From: Clostridia bacterium
GTDB taxonomy: Bacteria > Bacillota > Clostridia > Oscillospirales > Acutalibacteraceae
Assembly: GCA_017441385.1 (NCBI GenBank)
Contig: JAFRXY010000098.1
Location: forward strand, 3,350 to 67,349
Length of the DNA stretch: 64,000 nucleotides
Reading direction: 5' to 3'
A program made the position numbers and the translations under genes. This document shows, in pieces, positions 43,738-54,178 of this stretch (position 1 is its first letter; every line of letters starts with the position of its first letter). The notes beneath the pieces were generated by a model. It saw only the letters and a program-made list of their open reading frames with translations, was not told the DNA's origin and searched no databases.

Positions 43738-45789
43738 TTGAAAGAACGCAATAACCAAAACAAAAGCATGTCGTCGAACCCTAAAATGTTACAAGTTGTC
43801 GTCGGTTTTTTTTATGTTCCTGTTTCGGTTTTGTTCATGGAACTGCTGGCGAAGATTGTGCTTTTTGGAAATGTTTTTGAAGGAACGGCTTACTATACGC
43901 TTTTGCTGTCATCATCGCTCGCATTCCTGTTTAATTCTATGCTGATGCTTCTTTCAGGGAAGCCGCGCAGAGTGATGATGAAGATATTGCTTGCGGTGCT
44001 GGCCGTGTGGTTTTCTTTTCATGTGACATATTACAGCATTTTTCACACTTTCTTTTCATGGCAGTCTTTGGGGCAGGCGAAGGATGTTACGGAATTCTGG
44101 CGGGAAGCAATCAATGCGGTCATTGGTGTGTGGTATGTCATACTGATCCTGTTTGTGCCGTTCATACTGATGTGCTTCTTTTCAAAGCGTATCATTCCGG
44201 ACGGAAACCGCAGGAGCATTCCCTCTGCGGTTGTGTCCATTGTCCTGTTTGCGCTTTCTTATTTACCCACGCTGTATTATATCAACAAGACAAAGAACAG
44301 CGGCGAATATTATTCCCCCTATTACTATTACACCTATCTCCAGAATGATCTGGATATGAGCTACAAGTATTACGGCATATTGAGCGCCACCCGGCTGGAC
44401 TTTAAGCAGCTGATTTTCGGTGCGCCTGATGAAAAATTTGATTTGTCGTTTATGGGTAACGCCGATGGCGGATATTCCTCTGCGTCCGTTTCAGATTCGG
44501 ATCAGAAAACCGAATACGGCTATAATATCATGGATATAGACTTTGATAAGGCGTCAGAATCCACTGATTCGCAGACCTTGAAGACGTTGGACGATTATTT
44601 CAGGAATGTTCCTCCTACACGTAAAAACGAATACACCGGCCTTTTCAAAGGAAAAAATCTGATCTTTCTCACTTTGGAAGGATTTTCCGATAAAGTGATT
44701 GACCCCGAATTCACACCGCTGCTGTATAAGATGTCCACGGAGGGATTTGTATTTAAAAATTTCTACAACACCGTCTGGGGCGGAAGCACTGCTTCGGGTG
44801 AATATGCCAATCTCACAGGAAATTTATATCAGAATTCCAGCTGTATGAAAACCAGCGCTTCCACCTATCAGCCCTTTACGCTAGGCAATCAGTTCTCCGC
44901 GCTGGGGTATAAGACATTCGGCTATCATAATAACACCTACACTTACTATGACAGACATCTTTCCCATCCGAATTTCGGATATAAATGGCTGGCCATCGGC
45001 AACGGTCTGGTTCTGGAAAGCAAAAACTGGCCCAATTCCGACAGAGAGATGGCAGCTGCCACGGTGGGAGATTATTCCAATCTCGATGTGCCCTTTCATG
45101 TGTATTACATTACGGTAAGCGGTCACTGCGGTTACTCTTTTGCCAGCAATAATATGTCTATGCGTCACAGAAACGATCTTCCGGATAAAATGAAGAAATA
45201 TTCCTCGGAAGTCAAGGCTTATCTTGCCTGCCAATACGAGGTGGAGCTTATGCTTCAGACATTGGTGGACGAACTGGAAAAAACAGGCAGGCTGGAAAAT
45301 ACTGTCTTTGCCATGACTGCCGATCATTATCCTTATGCACTGAGCGATGAAGCCTTGTCCGAGCTGTACGGAATAAAGGTAACCCGGAACCGTTACAGCT
45401 TTGATCTTTACCGCAATGCCTTTATCCTGTGGACACCTTCCATGACGGAACCGGTTTACGTTGATTCTCCATGTTCCGCAATCGATATCTTGCCGACTCT
45501 TTCCAATCTGTTCGGTCTTGAATACGATTCCAGACTGATTTTGGGCAGCGATATTCTGTCCGACTGCGAACATTTTGCCCTTCTCAAGGTGGCGGGCTGG
45601 TCATGGGTCAGTTCGCAAGGCTCTTACAAAGGCATGAATCAGTCCTTTACCCCGAGTGCAGACTGCACGCTTTCCGAAGAGGAGCAGAAAGAATACGTAG
45701 ACAGAATGAATAATATCGTTAAATTAAAGGTGTCGTTTTCCAAAAGAATGCTTACGAATGATTATTACAGACATGTTTTAGGGAAATGA
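43738..45789 (+). CDS. LtaS-family membrane protein (polytopic N-terminus plus extracytoplasmic sulfatase-fold domain), paralog 1
   Basis: Several N-terminal hydrophobic segments. LEGFSDKVIDPEFTPLLYKMSTEGFVFKNFYN. The nucleophile-region motif VWGGSTASGEY resembles LtaS G-x-T-x-x-S-E-F. TADHYPY is also present. AGGAGG RBS precedes TTG 43738. Confidence 0.85.
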   Translation: MKERNNQNKSMSSNPKMLQVVVGFFYVPVSVLFMELLAKIVLFGNVFEGTAYYTLLLSSSLAFLFNSMLMLLSGKPRRVMMKILLAVLAVWFSFHVTYYSIFHTFFSWQSLGQAKDVTEFWREAINAVIGVWYVILILFVPFILMCFFSKRIIPDGNRRSIPSAVVSIVLFALSYLPTLYYINKTKNSGEYYSPYYYYTYLQNDLDMSYKYYGILSATRLDFKQLIFGAPDEKFDLSFMGNADGGYSSASVSDSDQKTEYGYNIMDIDFDKASESTDSQTLKTLDDYFRNVPPTRKNEYTGLFKGKNLIFLTLEGFSDKVIDPEFTPLLYKMSTEGFVFKNFYNTVWGGSTASGEYANLTGNLYQNSSCMKTSASTYQPFTLGNQFSALGYKTFGYHNNTYTYYDRHLSHPNFGYKWLAIGNGLVLESKNWPNSDREMAAATVGDYSNLDVPFHVYYITVSGHCGYSFASNNMSMRHRNDLPDKMKKYSSEVKAYLACQYEVELMLQTLVDELEKTGRLENTVFAMTADHYPYALSDEALSELYGIKVTRNRYSFDLYRNAFILWTPSMTEPVYVDSPCSAIDILPTLSNLFGLEYDSRLILGSDILSDCEHFALLKVAGWSWVSSQGSYKGMNQSFTPSADCTLSEEEQKEYVDRMNNIVKLKVSFSKRMLTNDYYRHVLGK

Positions 45790-45808
45790 CCTGTTTTGAA
45801 AGCTGACG

Positions 45809-47947
45809 GTGAAATATATGAAGGATAAGATTTACAATTTTATTGATGCTGTTGACAGAAACAGCTACACAAGAGATATTATTTCTATGCTGTATCTTCC
45901 CATTTCGCTGGTGTATATGGAAATGCTGGCGAAGCAGAAGATATTTGGGAACGTATTTGACGAAAAGTTTAAATATCTGATACTGCTGACGCTGGGCATG
46001 GGAATGCTGCTCAGCGTGGGAGGCATGCTTCTCCCGGGCAGAATCCGCAGGCGAGTTTATAAGGTGCTGCTGTGTGTGCTGGCTGTGTGGTTCTCGTTTC
46101 ACACGATTTACCACCATAATTTCCACACATTCTTTTCGTGGCAGACGCTGGGACAGGCAGCGGACGTCACGCAGTTCTGGAAGGAGGCCATTGTGGCCAC
46201 CGTCGGCGTATGGTATATGATACTGGCCTATTTCATTCCCTTTGCGCTGATGTGCTTTACCGGCAGATACATTATCGATGATGATGCCGAAAGAAATCTG
46301 CCCTATGCCGGAATCGCCTTTGCGGCGTTTGCAATGTGCTATTTCCCCGCTTTAATCAAGATCAATCAATCAAAATCCAATTCGGGCGAATATACTCCGT
46401 ATTATTACTACACCTTCCTGCAAAGCGATCTTGACACCAGCTTTCAGTATTACGGCATTTTTAATACCACCCGTCTGGATATCAAGCAGCTGCTCTTCGG
46501 CTCACCGGTGGAGGAGATGAATCTCGACGACCCGGTCGAAGACGATCCCCTTCTTCCGGAGGAGGAACAGCAGGTGGAATACGGCTGGAATGTGATGGAT
46601 ATTGATTTTGACAAAGCGGCAAAGTCCACCAAGAACAGCCAGCTCAAGAGTATGGACAAGTATTTCAAATCCGTTCAGCCCACCCGCCAGAACGAATATA
46701 CCGGCATGTTCAAGGGCAAAAATTTGATATTTATCACATTGGAGGGCTTCTCGGATAAAGTAATTGACCGGGATTTTACCCCGACGCTCTATAAGATGTC
46801 CACCGAGGGCTTTGTGTTCAGCAACTTCTATAATTCCGTCTGGGGAGGAAGTACCGCCAGCGGCGAATATTCCAATATGACGGGCAATTTTTACACCACC
46901 GCCAACTGCCTGAAAGCCAGCGGTTCAAAATATCAGCCGCTTGCGCTGGGCAATCAGTTCAAGAAACTGGGCTACAAGACATTTGCCTATCACAACAATT
47001 CCTATACATACTACGGCAGAAACAAGTCTCACCCGAATTTCGGCTACAAGTGGAAGGCGATCGGCAACGGCCTGAAGCTGAAAAGCAACTGCTGGCCGCG
47101 CTCTGACGAGGAAATGGCGGAGGCAACGCTGAAAGAATACATTGGTCTTGATGTGCCCTTCCACGCATATTATATGAGTGTGAGCGGACACGCCAATTAC
47201 TCTTTCTCCGGCAACATGATGTCCGCCCGACACAGAAAAGACCTTCCCGAAAGTCTGCGCACCGCTTCCGAAGGGGTGCAGGCATTCAATGCCTGTCAGT
47301 ATGAGGTTGAGCTGATGCTCAAGGAAATGGTGGACGAACTGGAGGCGGCAGGGGAGTTGGACGACACGGTCTTTGCCATGGCGGCGGACCATTACCCCTA
47401 TGCGCTGAGCGACAGTGAACTGGCCGAGATGTACGGCCTTCCGAAATCCGATATCCGCAACAATTTCGACCTTTACCGCAACTGTTTTATCTTGTGGTGT
47501 TCCTCCATGGAAGAACCGGTTGTGGTGGACAAACCCTGTTCGACGATTGATATTCTGCCCACACTCTCCAATCTGTTCGGTCTGGAATACGATTCCAGAC
47601 TGCTCATGGGCAGTGATATCATGGCGGAGGGCGACCATTTCGCTCTGCTTAAAGTCAACGGCTGGTCATGGATCAGCACACAGGGCGAATACAATTCGGC
47701 TGCCAAGAGATTCACGCCGAGTGACGACTGCGTCCTTTCGGAATCCGAGCAGTCGGATTATATCAAGCGCATGAATACCATTGTCAAGGGCAAGACCACC
47801 TATTCCAAGCAGATTCTTGACAAGGATTATTACAAGCATATCTATTCATTCATCACCAAGAAGAATTCCGACAGTCAGGATTCCGCTAGCAGCACGGAGC
47901 AAGACAGCGCGGAACAGACCGACGGCTCTCAGACAGCCAACAACTAA
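45809..47947 (+). CDS. LtaS-family membrane protein, paralog 2
   Basis: Colinear with paralog 1 along its whole length, with the same VWGGSTASGEY, LEGFSDKVID and AADHYPY motifs. It has an extra Ser/Asp/Gln-rich C-terminal tail. The start is GTG 45809 or ATG 45818. Confidence 0.85.
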   Translation: MKYMKDKIYNFIDAVDRNSYTRDIISMLYLPISLVYMEMLAKQKIFGNVFDEKFKYLILLTLGMGMLLSVGGMLLPGRIRRRVYKVLLCVLAVWFSFHTIYHHNFHTFFSWQTLGQAADVTQFWKEAIVATVGVWYMILAYFIPFALMCFTGRYIIDDDAERNLPYAGIAFAAFAMCYFPALIKINQSKSNSGEYTPYYYYTFLQSDLDTSFQYYGIFNTTRLDIKQLLFGSPVEEMNLDDPVEDDPLLPEEEQQVEYGWNVMDIDFDKAAKSTKNSQLKSMDKYFKSVQPTRQNEYTGMFKGKNLIFITLEGFSDKVIDRDFTPTLYKMSTEGFVFSNFYNSVWGGSTASGEYSNMTGNFYTTANCLKASGSKYQPLALGNQFKKLGYKTFAYHNNSYTYYGRNKSHPNFGYKWKAIGNGLKLKSNCWPRSDEEMAEATLKEYIGLDVPFHAYYMSVSGHANYSFSGNMMSARHRKDLPESLRTASEGVQAFNACQYEVELMLKEMVDELEAAGELDDTVFAMAADHYPYALSDSELAEMYGLPKSDIRNNFDLYRNCFILWCSSMEEPVVVDKPCSTIDILPTLSNLFGLEYDSRLLMGSDIMAEGDHFALLKVNGWSWISTQGEYNSAAKRFTPSDDCVLSESEQSDYIKRMNTIVKGKTTYSKQILDKDYYKHIYSFITKKNSDSQDSASSTEQDSAEQTDGSQTANN

Positions 47948-47972
47948 TTACATACAAGGCGGTAAGGACAAA

Positions 47973-50033
47973 ATGCATACAAAATATACATTCGGCAGAA
48001 GCAACTGGCGCACATTCGAGCAGGGCTATGAGAAGGAATGGCTGCTGACCAACGGTCTGGGCGGCTTTTCGGGCTGCACGGTTACGGGCGATACCGCCCG
48101 TATTCACACAGGATATCTGGTGGCATCGCTGAATCCTCCGGTAGACAGGGTCATTGTTCTTTCCAAGATTCAGGAGAAAATTACCTGCGGCAGACGCAGC
48201 TTTGATCTGGCCTGCCAGCAGTACAGCGGCGACCGTACCGAAGGATATAAATATCTTGAGCAGTTCCGCATGGACATTGTGCCTACCTATTGCTACCAGA
48301 CCGACGAGATTTCCATTGAGAAGACCGTCGCCATGGAACACGGCAGGAATACCGTCGCGGTCTGCTACACCGTGAGCGGCGCAACGGAGCCTGTTACGAT
48401 CCATCTGACGCCGCTTTTCGCCATGCGCCCCATCGACAGAGTCAATTCCCCTTCCGATATTGCCAATTTCAAAGCCTCGGCGTTCGGAAGAACCATGCTG
48501 GTTGGACGGAATGACGACAGCCGCTTCAACGCAAAATTCTACATCAGCGAGGGCGAATACTTTGACCGCTCGCAGATACCTACCAGCATGGCGGCCCCCA
48601 CCTTCATCGCGGAGGAAAATCAGCTGCTTGCCATCGACGCGAGAACGGGATTCCGGGGGCTGGATTCGCAGTACACCCCCTATGACGCGGTGATCAAGGT
48701 CTACCCGGGAGAAACCAGAAAATTCTTTGTGATTTGCTCCACAGAGGACGAGGACATCACCGCCAAGAACGGATTTGCCATCGTCAAGGCCTATACCGAA
48801 CGTATGTATGACGTCATCCGGCGCAATCCGGCGAGGGATATCTTCTCGGCGCACTTCACATGGGCCGCCGACGCGTTTATCGTTGACCGCGCTTCTACCG
48901 GACTTAAAACCGTCATGGCGGGCTATCCGTGGTTTGCCGACTGGGGAAGGGACACCATGATCGCCCTCACCGGACTGACGCTTTGCACCCGCCGCTTCGA
49001 CGATTGCGAAAAGATTCTGAAATCCTTCGCTATGTATGAGAAGAACGGACTAATTCCCAACGTATTCCCCAATTCAGCCGCCGACGAGCCTATGTATAAC
49101 ACGATGGACGGCTCGCTGTGGTACTTCTACGCGGTGGAACGCTACCTGCATTACACCGGCAGGGAGGAAAATTTCAACTTCATCAGGGACGAAATATTCC
49201 CTGTGCTTAAAAAGATTATCTACGCCTATGAGAACGGAACCGACTTCTCCATAGGCATGGATGCCGACGGGCTGGTCTACGGCGGCAGTGAGAAGGATCA
49301 GATCACATGGATGGACGTTCGCGTCGGCGACTGGGTGGTCACGCCCCGCCACGGCAAGCCGGTGGAAATCAACGCCCTCTGGTACAACGCCCTGAAAGTC
49401 ATGGAAATGCTCTGCGAAAAGTTCGAACGCGACGGCTCGCATTATTCCGAGCTGGCCGAGCGCGTCAAGGCTTCCTTTGTGCGCAAGTTCTGGAATGAAA
49501 GGGGCGGCTATCTCTATGACGTGGCCGACCCCTGCGAAGACAGAATCCGTCCCAATCAGATTTACGCCGTGTCGCTGCCCTACACCATGCTCGACCGGCA
49601 TAAGGAACTGGCGATTGTCGACTGTGTGAGCCGGCATTTGCTGACGGTCTACGGACTTCGCTCCCTTTCCTACACCGATGCCGAGTACAAGCCGCAGTAT
49701 ATCGGCAGGCTGATCGACCGCGACGGCGCCTATCACATGGGCACCAGCTGGGGATTCCTGATGGGGGGCTATATCTCGGCTTTCTGTAAGGTGCACGATC
49801 ATTCCCCCTACGCCGTCAGACGGTGCAAGGAAATCTGCTCTCGTTTCCTCGACCATATGAACGACGGCTGCATCAACGGCGTCGCGGAGATATTCGACGG
49901 CGATTTCACCTGCACATCGCGCGGCTGCTTCACCCAGGCATGGAGCGTGGGAGAAATGCTCCGCGCCTACACCGAAGACGTGCTGCCCTATCTCAGACGC
50001 ACGCCGTCGACGCGGGCGGAAGGCGAGGAATAG
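47973..50033 (+). CDS. glycogen debranching enzyme (amylo-alpha-1,6-glucosidase family)
   Basis: N-terminal GDE_N-like WLLTNGLGGFSGCTVTGDTARIHTGYL. The C-terminal six-hairpin domain has GYPWFADWGRDTMIAL, DGSLWYF and FTQAWSVGE. ATG 47973 was chosen because the upstream part of the ORF overlaps the previous gene. Confidence 0.88.
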   Translation: MHTKYTFGRSNWRTFEQGYEKEWLLTNGLGGFSGCTVTGDTARIHTGYLVASLNPPVDRVIVLSKIQEKITCGRRSFDLACQQYSGDRTEGYKYLEQFRMDIVPTYCYQTDEISIEKTVAMEHGRNTVAVCYTVSGATEPVTIHLTPLFAMRPIDRVNSPSDIANFKASAFGRTMLVGRNDDSRFNAKFYISEGEYFDRSQIPTSMAAPTFIAEENQLLAIDARTGFRGLDSQYTPYDAVIKVYPGETRKFFVICSTEDEDITAKNGFAIVKAYTERMYDVIRRNPARDIFSAHFTWAADAFIVDRASTGLKTVMAGYPWFADWGRDTMIALTGLTLCTRRFDDCEKILKSFAMYEKNGLIPNVFPNSAADEPMYNTMDGSLWYFYAVERYLHYTGREENFNFIRDEIFPVLKKIIYAYENGTDFSIGMDADGLVYGGSEKDQITWMDVRVGDWVVTPRHGKPVEINALWYNALKVMEMLCEKFERDGSHYSELAERVKASFVRKFWNERGGYLYDVADPCEDRIRPNQIYAVSLPYTMLDRHKELAIVDCVSRHLLTVYGLRSLSYTDAEYKPQYIGRLIDRDGAYHMGTSWGFLMGGYISAFCKVHDHSPYAVRRCKEICSRFLDHMNDGCINGVAEIFDGDFTCTSRGCFTQAWSVGEMLRAYTEDVLPYLRRTPSTRAEGEE

Positions 50034-50039
50034 GAAAGA

Positions 50040-51314
50040 ATGCTATACGATCTCGACCTTGCCGTGATCGGCGGCGGCGCTTCGGGTCTGGCAGCCGCCG
50101 TTGCCGCCGGCCGGGAGCTGGGCGGGGAATTCAAAGCCGCTGTCTTTGACGCGCAGCCGAGATGCGGCAGGAAACTGCTAGCCACCGGCAACGGGCGCTG
50201 CAACCTGACCAACCGCGGGGCGGCGGCCAATTCCAATTGCTACCACACCGACGACATGAACGCGCTGAAGCGAGTATTCAGCTGCGTGAATGTGCAAGAT
50301 ACTCTCGGCTTTTTTGAAAATATCGGGCTTGTCTGCCGCGAGGAGGAAGAAGGCAGAATCTATCCCTCCTGCGGTCAGGCTTCGGCCGTGCTCGATCTGC
50401 TCCGGCTGGAACTGGCGCGGCTGAATATTCCGGAAGTCTGCGGCTGCCGGATTGAAAAATTACGCCGTGACGGCGGAGAATTTGTTATGAACAGCCCTTC
50501 CGGGCTGATAAAAGCCAAAAACGTCATCGTCGCCTGCGGAGGAAAGGCAGCTCCCAATCTCGGCGGAGTGGACTGGGGCTACAGCCTTCTCTGTTCGATG
50601 GGACACACCGCGACGCGGCTTGACCCTTCCCTTTGTCCCGTACCGGTGGAATCGCCCCATCTCAACTCCCTCAAGGGAATACGCGCTTATGCGAAGGCTT
50701 CTGTATGTGATGAACGCGGCGTGATTTATTCCGACTCGGGCGAAGTGCAGTTTGGAGACAAAGCCCTATCGGGCATCGTGATATTCCAGCTTTCTTCGGC
50801 GGCCGCCCATGCGCGAAGCGGCGAGAAGTGGATTGAGCTGGATATGCTGCCGGAACGCAGCGAGCAGGAGCTTGCGGGAATGCTGACACGCAGGCGGGCC
50901 CTGCTGCCCCATCTGACGCTGGAAAATTATCTCACCGGCGTCTTCAACAAGCGGGTCGGAATGTGCCTGCTGAAGCAGGCCGGAATGAGCCCTCTTTCCC
51001 GTTCGGTCTCACAGCTGAGCGACAGCGACATCCGAAAGATTGCCGCCGTCATCAAGCGCTGGCGTTTCCCGGTGAGCGGCAAGGCGCAGTGGAACAGCGC
51101 ACAGGTCACGGGCGGCGGGGTAAGGCTGTCGGAATTCGACGGACTTACCATGCAGTCGCGGCTTTGCAAGGGATTGTTCGCGGCGGGAGAAGTGCTGAAT
51201 GTCGACGGCTTCTGCGGGGGCTTCAACCTGCAATGGGCGTGGAGCAGCGGCATTCTTGCCGGAAGGAGCGCTGCCGCTCTGCTGCCATCGAAATCCAACC
51301 GAAAAGGAAACTGA
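50040..51314 (+). CDS. HI0933/BaiN-like FAD-dependent oxidoreductase
   Basis: DLAVIGGGASGLAAA, LATGNGRCNLTN, and C-terminal GEVLNVDGFCGGFNLQWAWSSG. Confidence 0.85.
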   Translation: MLYDLDLAVIGGGASGLAAAVAAGRELGGEFKAAVFDAQPRCGRKLLATGNGRCNLTNRGAAANSNCYHTDDMNALKRVFSCVNVQDTLGFFENIGLVCREEEEGRIYPSCGQASAVLDLLRLELARLNIPEVCGCRIEKLRRDGGEFVMNSPSGLIKAKNVIVACGGKAAPNLGGVDWGYSLLCSMGHTATRLDPSLCPVPVESPHLNSLKGIRAYAKASVCDERGVIYSDSGEVQFGDKALSGIVIFQLSSAAAHARSGEKWIELDMLPERSEQELAGMLTRRRALLPHLTLENYLTGVFNKRVGMCLLKQAGMSPLSRSVSQLSDSDIRKIAAVIKRWRFPVSGKAQWNSAQVTGGGVRLSEFDGLTMQSRLCKGLFAAGEVLNVDGFCGGFNLQWAWSSGILAGRSAAALLPSKSNRKGN

Positions 51315-51316
51315 CA

Positions 51317-52912
51317 ATGATTCAGATAACCGATATCAAAGTTCCCGCAGAGAGCATGAATATGACATACGTCACATCTGCCGCCGCGGGTCTGATGAAG
51401 ATTGCTCCCTCCGAGATCAGGACGGTGAAACTCACCAAGAAGTCCGTAGACGCGAGGAAGAAGAGCGAGATTCATTTTGTCTGTTCGGTCGAATGCGAGA
51501 TCAAGAACCCCGCGACCGAGAAGCTGATTCTGTCCCGAAGAATCAGGAATATTTCACAGGCAATTCCGTATGTCTATACCGTGGAAAAAAGCAAGCCTCT
51601 CAGGAATCGCCCTGTCGTCGTGGGCAGCGGCCCTGCGGGGCTTTTTGCCGCGCTGATACTGGCGATGGGGGGACAGAATCCGATTATTCTGGAACGGGGC
51701 GGGGACGTCAACAGCCGCCGCGCTTCGGTGGAGCGTTACTTCGGCGGGGGAGAATTGGATCCGGTGAGCAATATCCAGTTCGGGGAAGGGGGCGCCGGCA
51801 CCTTTTCCGACGGCAAACTCACCACCGGTACCAAGGACAAAAGAATCCGCTTTGTGCTGGAGCAGTTTGTGCGTACCGGCGCAAGCGAGGAAATCCTCTA
51901 CAACGCAAAGCCCCACGTCGGCACCGACGTGCTGATGAATGTGATGGTGAATATGCGCTCCCGTATTACTTCGCTGGGGGGAGAATACCGATTTTTCACC
52001 AAGCTGAGCGATATTCACATGGAGGACGGAAAGCTGCGTTCCATTACCCTTTCCACGCCCGACGGGGAGGAAGAAATCCCCGCCGACCGCGTTGTTCTCG
52101 CTACGGGACATTCCGCGCGGGATACCTTTGAAATGCTTTACCGCAGGGGAATTCCCATGATTCAGAAGCCCTTTGCGGTGGGAGCGAGGATTGAGCATCC
52201 CCAGCGTGTGATCAATGCCGCGCAGTACGGGGAGGACTATTCCGAAAACCGTGTTCTGGGCGCGGCGGATTACAAGCTGGCGGTACACCTTCCCGACGGC
52301 AGGGGCGTTTACACCTTCTGCATGTGTCCGGGCGGATATGTGGTGGCGGCGGCCAGCGAACCGGAGAGCGTGGTCACCAACGGAATGAGCCTGTTCGCCC
52401 GCGACGGAGCCAACGCCAACAGCGCACTTCTCGTGGGGGTGAACCCCGCCGATTTCGGCAGCGAGCACCCTCTGGCGGGGGTGGAATTCCAGCGCAAAAT
52501 CGAACGGGCAGCTTTCGCTTATACAGGCAGCAGCCGTGCACCGGCGCAGCTTGTGGGGGATTTTCTTGCCGGGAAGCCTTCCGCTTGCTTCGGAGATACA
52601 CGGCCCACCTACCGGCCTTCCGTGGCACTGGGGGAGATAGGCTGCTGTCTGCCGGAATTCATTACCGGCTCGATGAAGAGCGGCCTTCTTCTTATGGACA
52701 GGAAGCTGAAAGGATTCGCCCGATACGACGCGATTCTCACCGCGCCGGAAACGCGGAGCAGCTCCCCCGTGCGCATCCTTCGCGGGGAGAATTTGCAGTC
52801 GCCTGCGGCGGAAGGCCTGTATCCCTGCGGTGAAGGGGCGGGGTATGCCGGCGGAATCATGTCGGCTGCGGTAGACGGAATAAAATGTGCCGAGATGATT
52901 CTGGCAAAATGA
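51317..52912 (+). CDS. uncharacterised FAD-dependent dehydrogenase (COG2509-like)
   Basis: N-terminal ferredoxin-like segment ending KKSVDARKK, then VVVGSGPAGLFAAL, FCMCPGGYVV and YPCGEGAGYAGGI. ATG 51317 lies 2 nt after the previous stop. Confidence 0.82.
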   Translation: MIQITDIKVPAESMNMTYVTSAAAGLMKIAPSEIRTVKLTKKSVDARKKSEIHFVCSVECEIKNPATEKLILSRRIRNISQAIPYVYTVEKSKPLRNRPVVVGSGPAGLFAALILAMGGQNPIILERGGDVNSRRASVERYFGGGELDPVSNIQFGEGGAGTFSDGKLTTGTKDKRIRFVLEQFVRTGASEEILYNAKPHVGTDVLMNVMVNMRSRITSLGGEYRFFTKLSDIHMEDGKLRSITLSTPDGEEEIPADRVVLATGHSARDTFEMLYRRGIPMIQKPFAVGARIEHPQRVINAAQYGEDYSENRVLGAADYKLAVHLPDGRGVYTFCMCPGGYVVAAASEPESVVTNGMSLFARDGANANSALLVGVNPADFGSEHPLAGVEFQRKIERAAFAYTGSSRAPAQLVGDFLAGKPSACFGDTRPTYRPSVALGEIGCCLPEFITGSMKSGLLLMDRKLKGFARYDAILTAPETRSSSPVRILRGENLQSPAAEGLYPCGEGAGYAGGIMSAAVDGIKCAEMILAK

Positions 52913-52913
52913 T

Positions 52914-52958
52914 AAAAAATCGCCAACGCGGTATGTTCTGCCGCGTTGGCGATTTTTT
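52914..52958. terminator. bidirectional intrinsic terminator
   Basis: AAAAAATCGCCAACGCGG 52914-52931 pairs with CCGCGTTGGCGATTTTTT 52941-52958. Confidence 0.8.
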
Positions 52959-52981
52959 ACAATAGGTGGAATGGTTTCGGA

Positions 52982-54178
52982 TTACACTGTCAGATCATAT
53001 GTGTAGGACTGCGCTTTTGTATCTCCGCCGATAACAATATGCATCTTCATCCTGAAAAAGTCATATAAGACGGTATACTGGGTGCCGTACATGTTTGTCC
53101 CGAAGTGTTCTTCGTTGGTTTCCTTTAAGGCTTTGGACTTGTCAGCCATCAGAATATCCATATACGCGGGAGCCTGCCCGAGTCCGGAAGAATAGGAATT
53201 GGAGAGAGTGCTATCAAACAATCTGTAAAGAGAAAGCTCCTGAAAACGGTCGCTGTAATCCTTGTCGGCGGTTCTCACGGTTTTATCCTCCATCTTGTTT
53301 GTGCAGATCTGATGGTGGGTTTTCGTATCCACCACGGGATATGTGACGGACATCTTTCCGTTGACGTATTCCACAATGGCGCTGTTTCCGCTTTTTTCGG
53401 AAATCAGGAAATGATACGGACCGCTGCTGAAATCAATATCGTAGCCGCTGAGAAGTTCAATGGCGCTGTCAACGGTAGCCGCGCGATCGAGCATGAGTCT
53501 GACCGCCATGAAGGGAGTGATGTTGACGAGAGGTGTGTCGTCACATTCCGCAACAGGACATGATATCAGTGAAACGGAAAACAGTTCGGAATTGATTCCC
53601 TCTGAAACGCAGTAAGTTGCTGCGATTGTCTGGAAAGAATTGTTGAACCACGCGTCGATTTCCTGCCGGGAAGAGAGTCCCACATCGGTCATGTCGATGA
53701 TGTTCCATGACTTGTAGCCGTTTTCCGGCTTTGCGGTGACCATCAGAATCGGCACATCATATGAATTATACATTCTGCCCTTCATGTAGTCGCTGGTGTA
53801 TGACCTTCCGTAAAAAGCAATCGAGCCTTTGGTGGCGTAGTCATTTTTGTTTTCGCCGGGGAACATACCTGACAGACCTGAGAAGAATTTTGATTTATAA
53901 TACTTGATGACAGCGTCATTGGAACCGAGCTCTTTTGTAACCATGTCGGAATAATCGAAGTTTTCGTAAGTCATTGTGTAATAGGGATGGTTGCTCACCT
54001 GCTTAAGCGTGGTGAGCGCGGCCATCTCACTGGCGCCTGCAATGCAAAGATATACCAGAAGTGCGGCCGCAAGTGTGAGAATAACCAGAATTGCCCACAG
54101 TAAAAATGACTTTACTTTCTGACCGAATGTTTTTTGCTTAAGGATAGGAACACCGCTGTCGTTTAACTGAACATTCAT
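52982..54178 (-). CDS. membrane-anchored hypothetical protein (possibly an Ntn-hydrolase/C45-like fold)
   Basis: N-terminal TM segment (LLWAILVILTLAAALLVYLCIAG) and a large extracytoplasmic domain. The segment RLMLDRAATVDSAIELL is reminiscent of C45/choloylglycine-hydrolase families. The functional call is weak. Confidence 0.45.
   Translation of the reverse strand: MNVQLNDSGVPILKQKTFGQKVKSFLLWAILVILTLAAALLVYLCIAGASEMAALTTLKQVSNHPYYTMTYENFDYSDMVTKELGSNDAVIKYYKSKFFSGLSGMFPGENKNDYATKGSIAFYGRSYTSDYMKGRMYNSYDVPILMVTAKPENGYKSWNIIDMTDVGLSSRQEIDAWFNNSFQTIAATYCVSEGINSELFSVSLISCPVAECDDTPLVNITPFMAVRLMLDRAATVDSAIELLSGYDIDFSSGPYHFLISEKSGNSAIVEYVNGKMSVTYPVVDTKTHHQICTNKMEDKTVRTADKDYSDRFQELSLYRLFDSTLSNSYSSGLGQAPAYMDILMADKSKALKETNEEHFGTNMYGTQYTVLYDFFRMKMHIVIGGDTKAQSYTYDLTV

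Noticed and set aside
42485-47947. The rSAM/SPASM enzyme as a canonical anaerobic sulfatase-maturating enzyme acting on the adjacent sulfatase-fold proteins.
   Set aside because: The LtaS-like proteins carry GGSTASGEY (a Thr-nucleophile type motif) and lack the C/S-x-P/A-x-R FGly motif. A terminator-like hairpin and a new promoter separate the units. It remains only a low-probability hypothesis.
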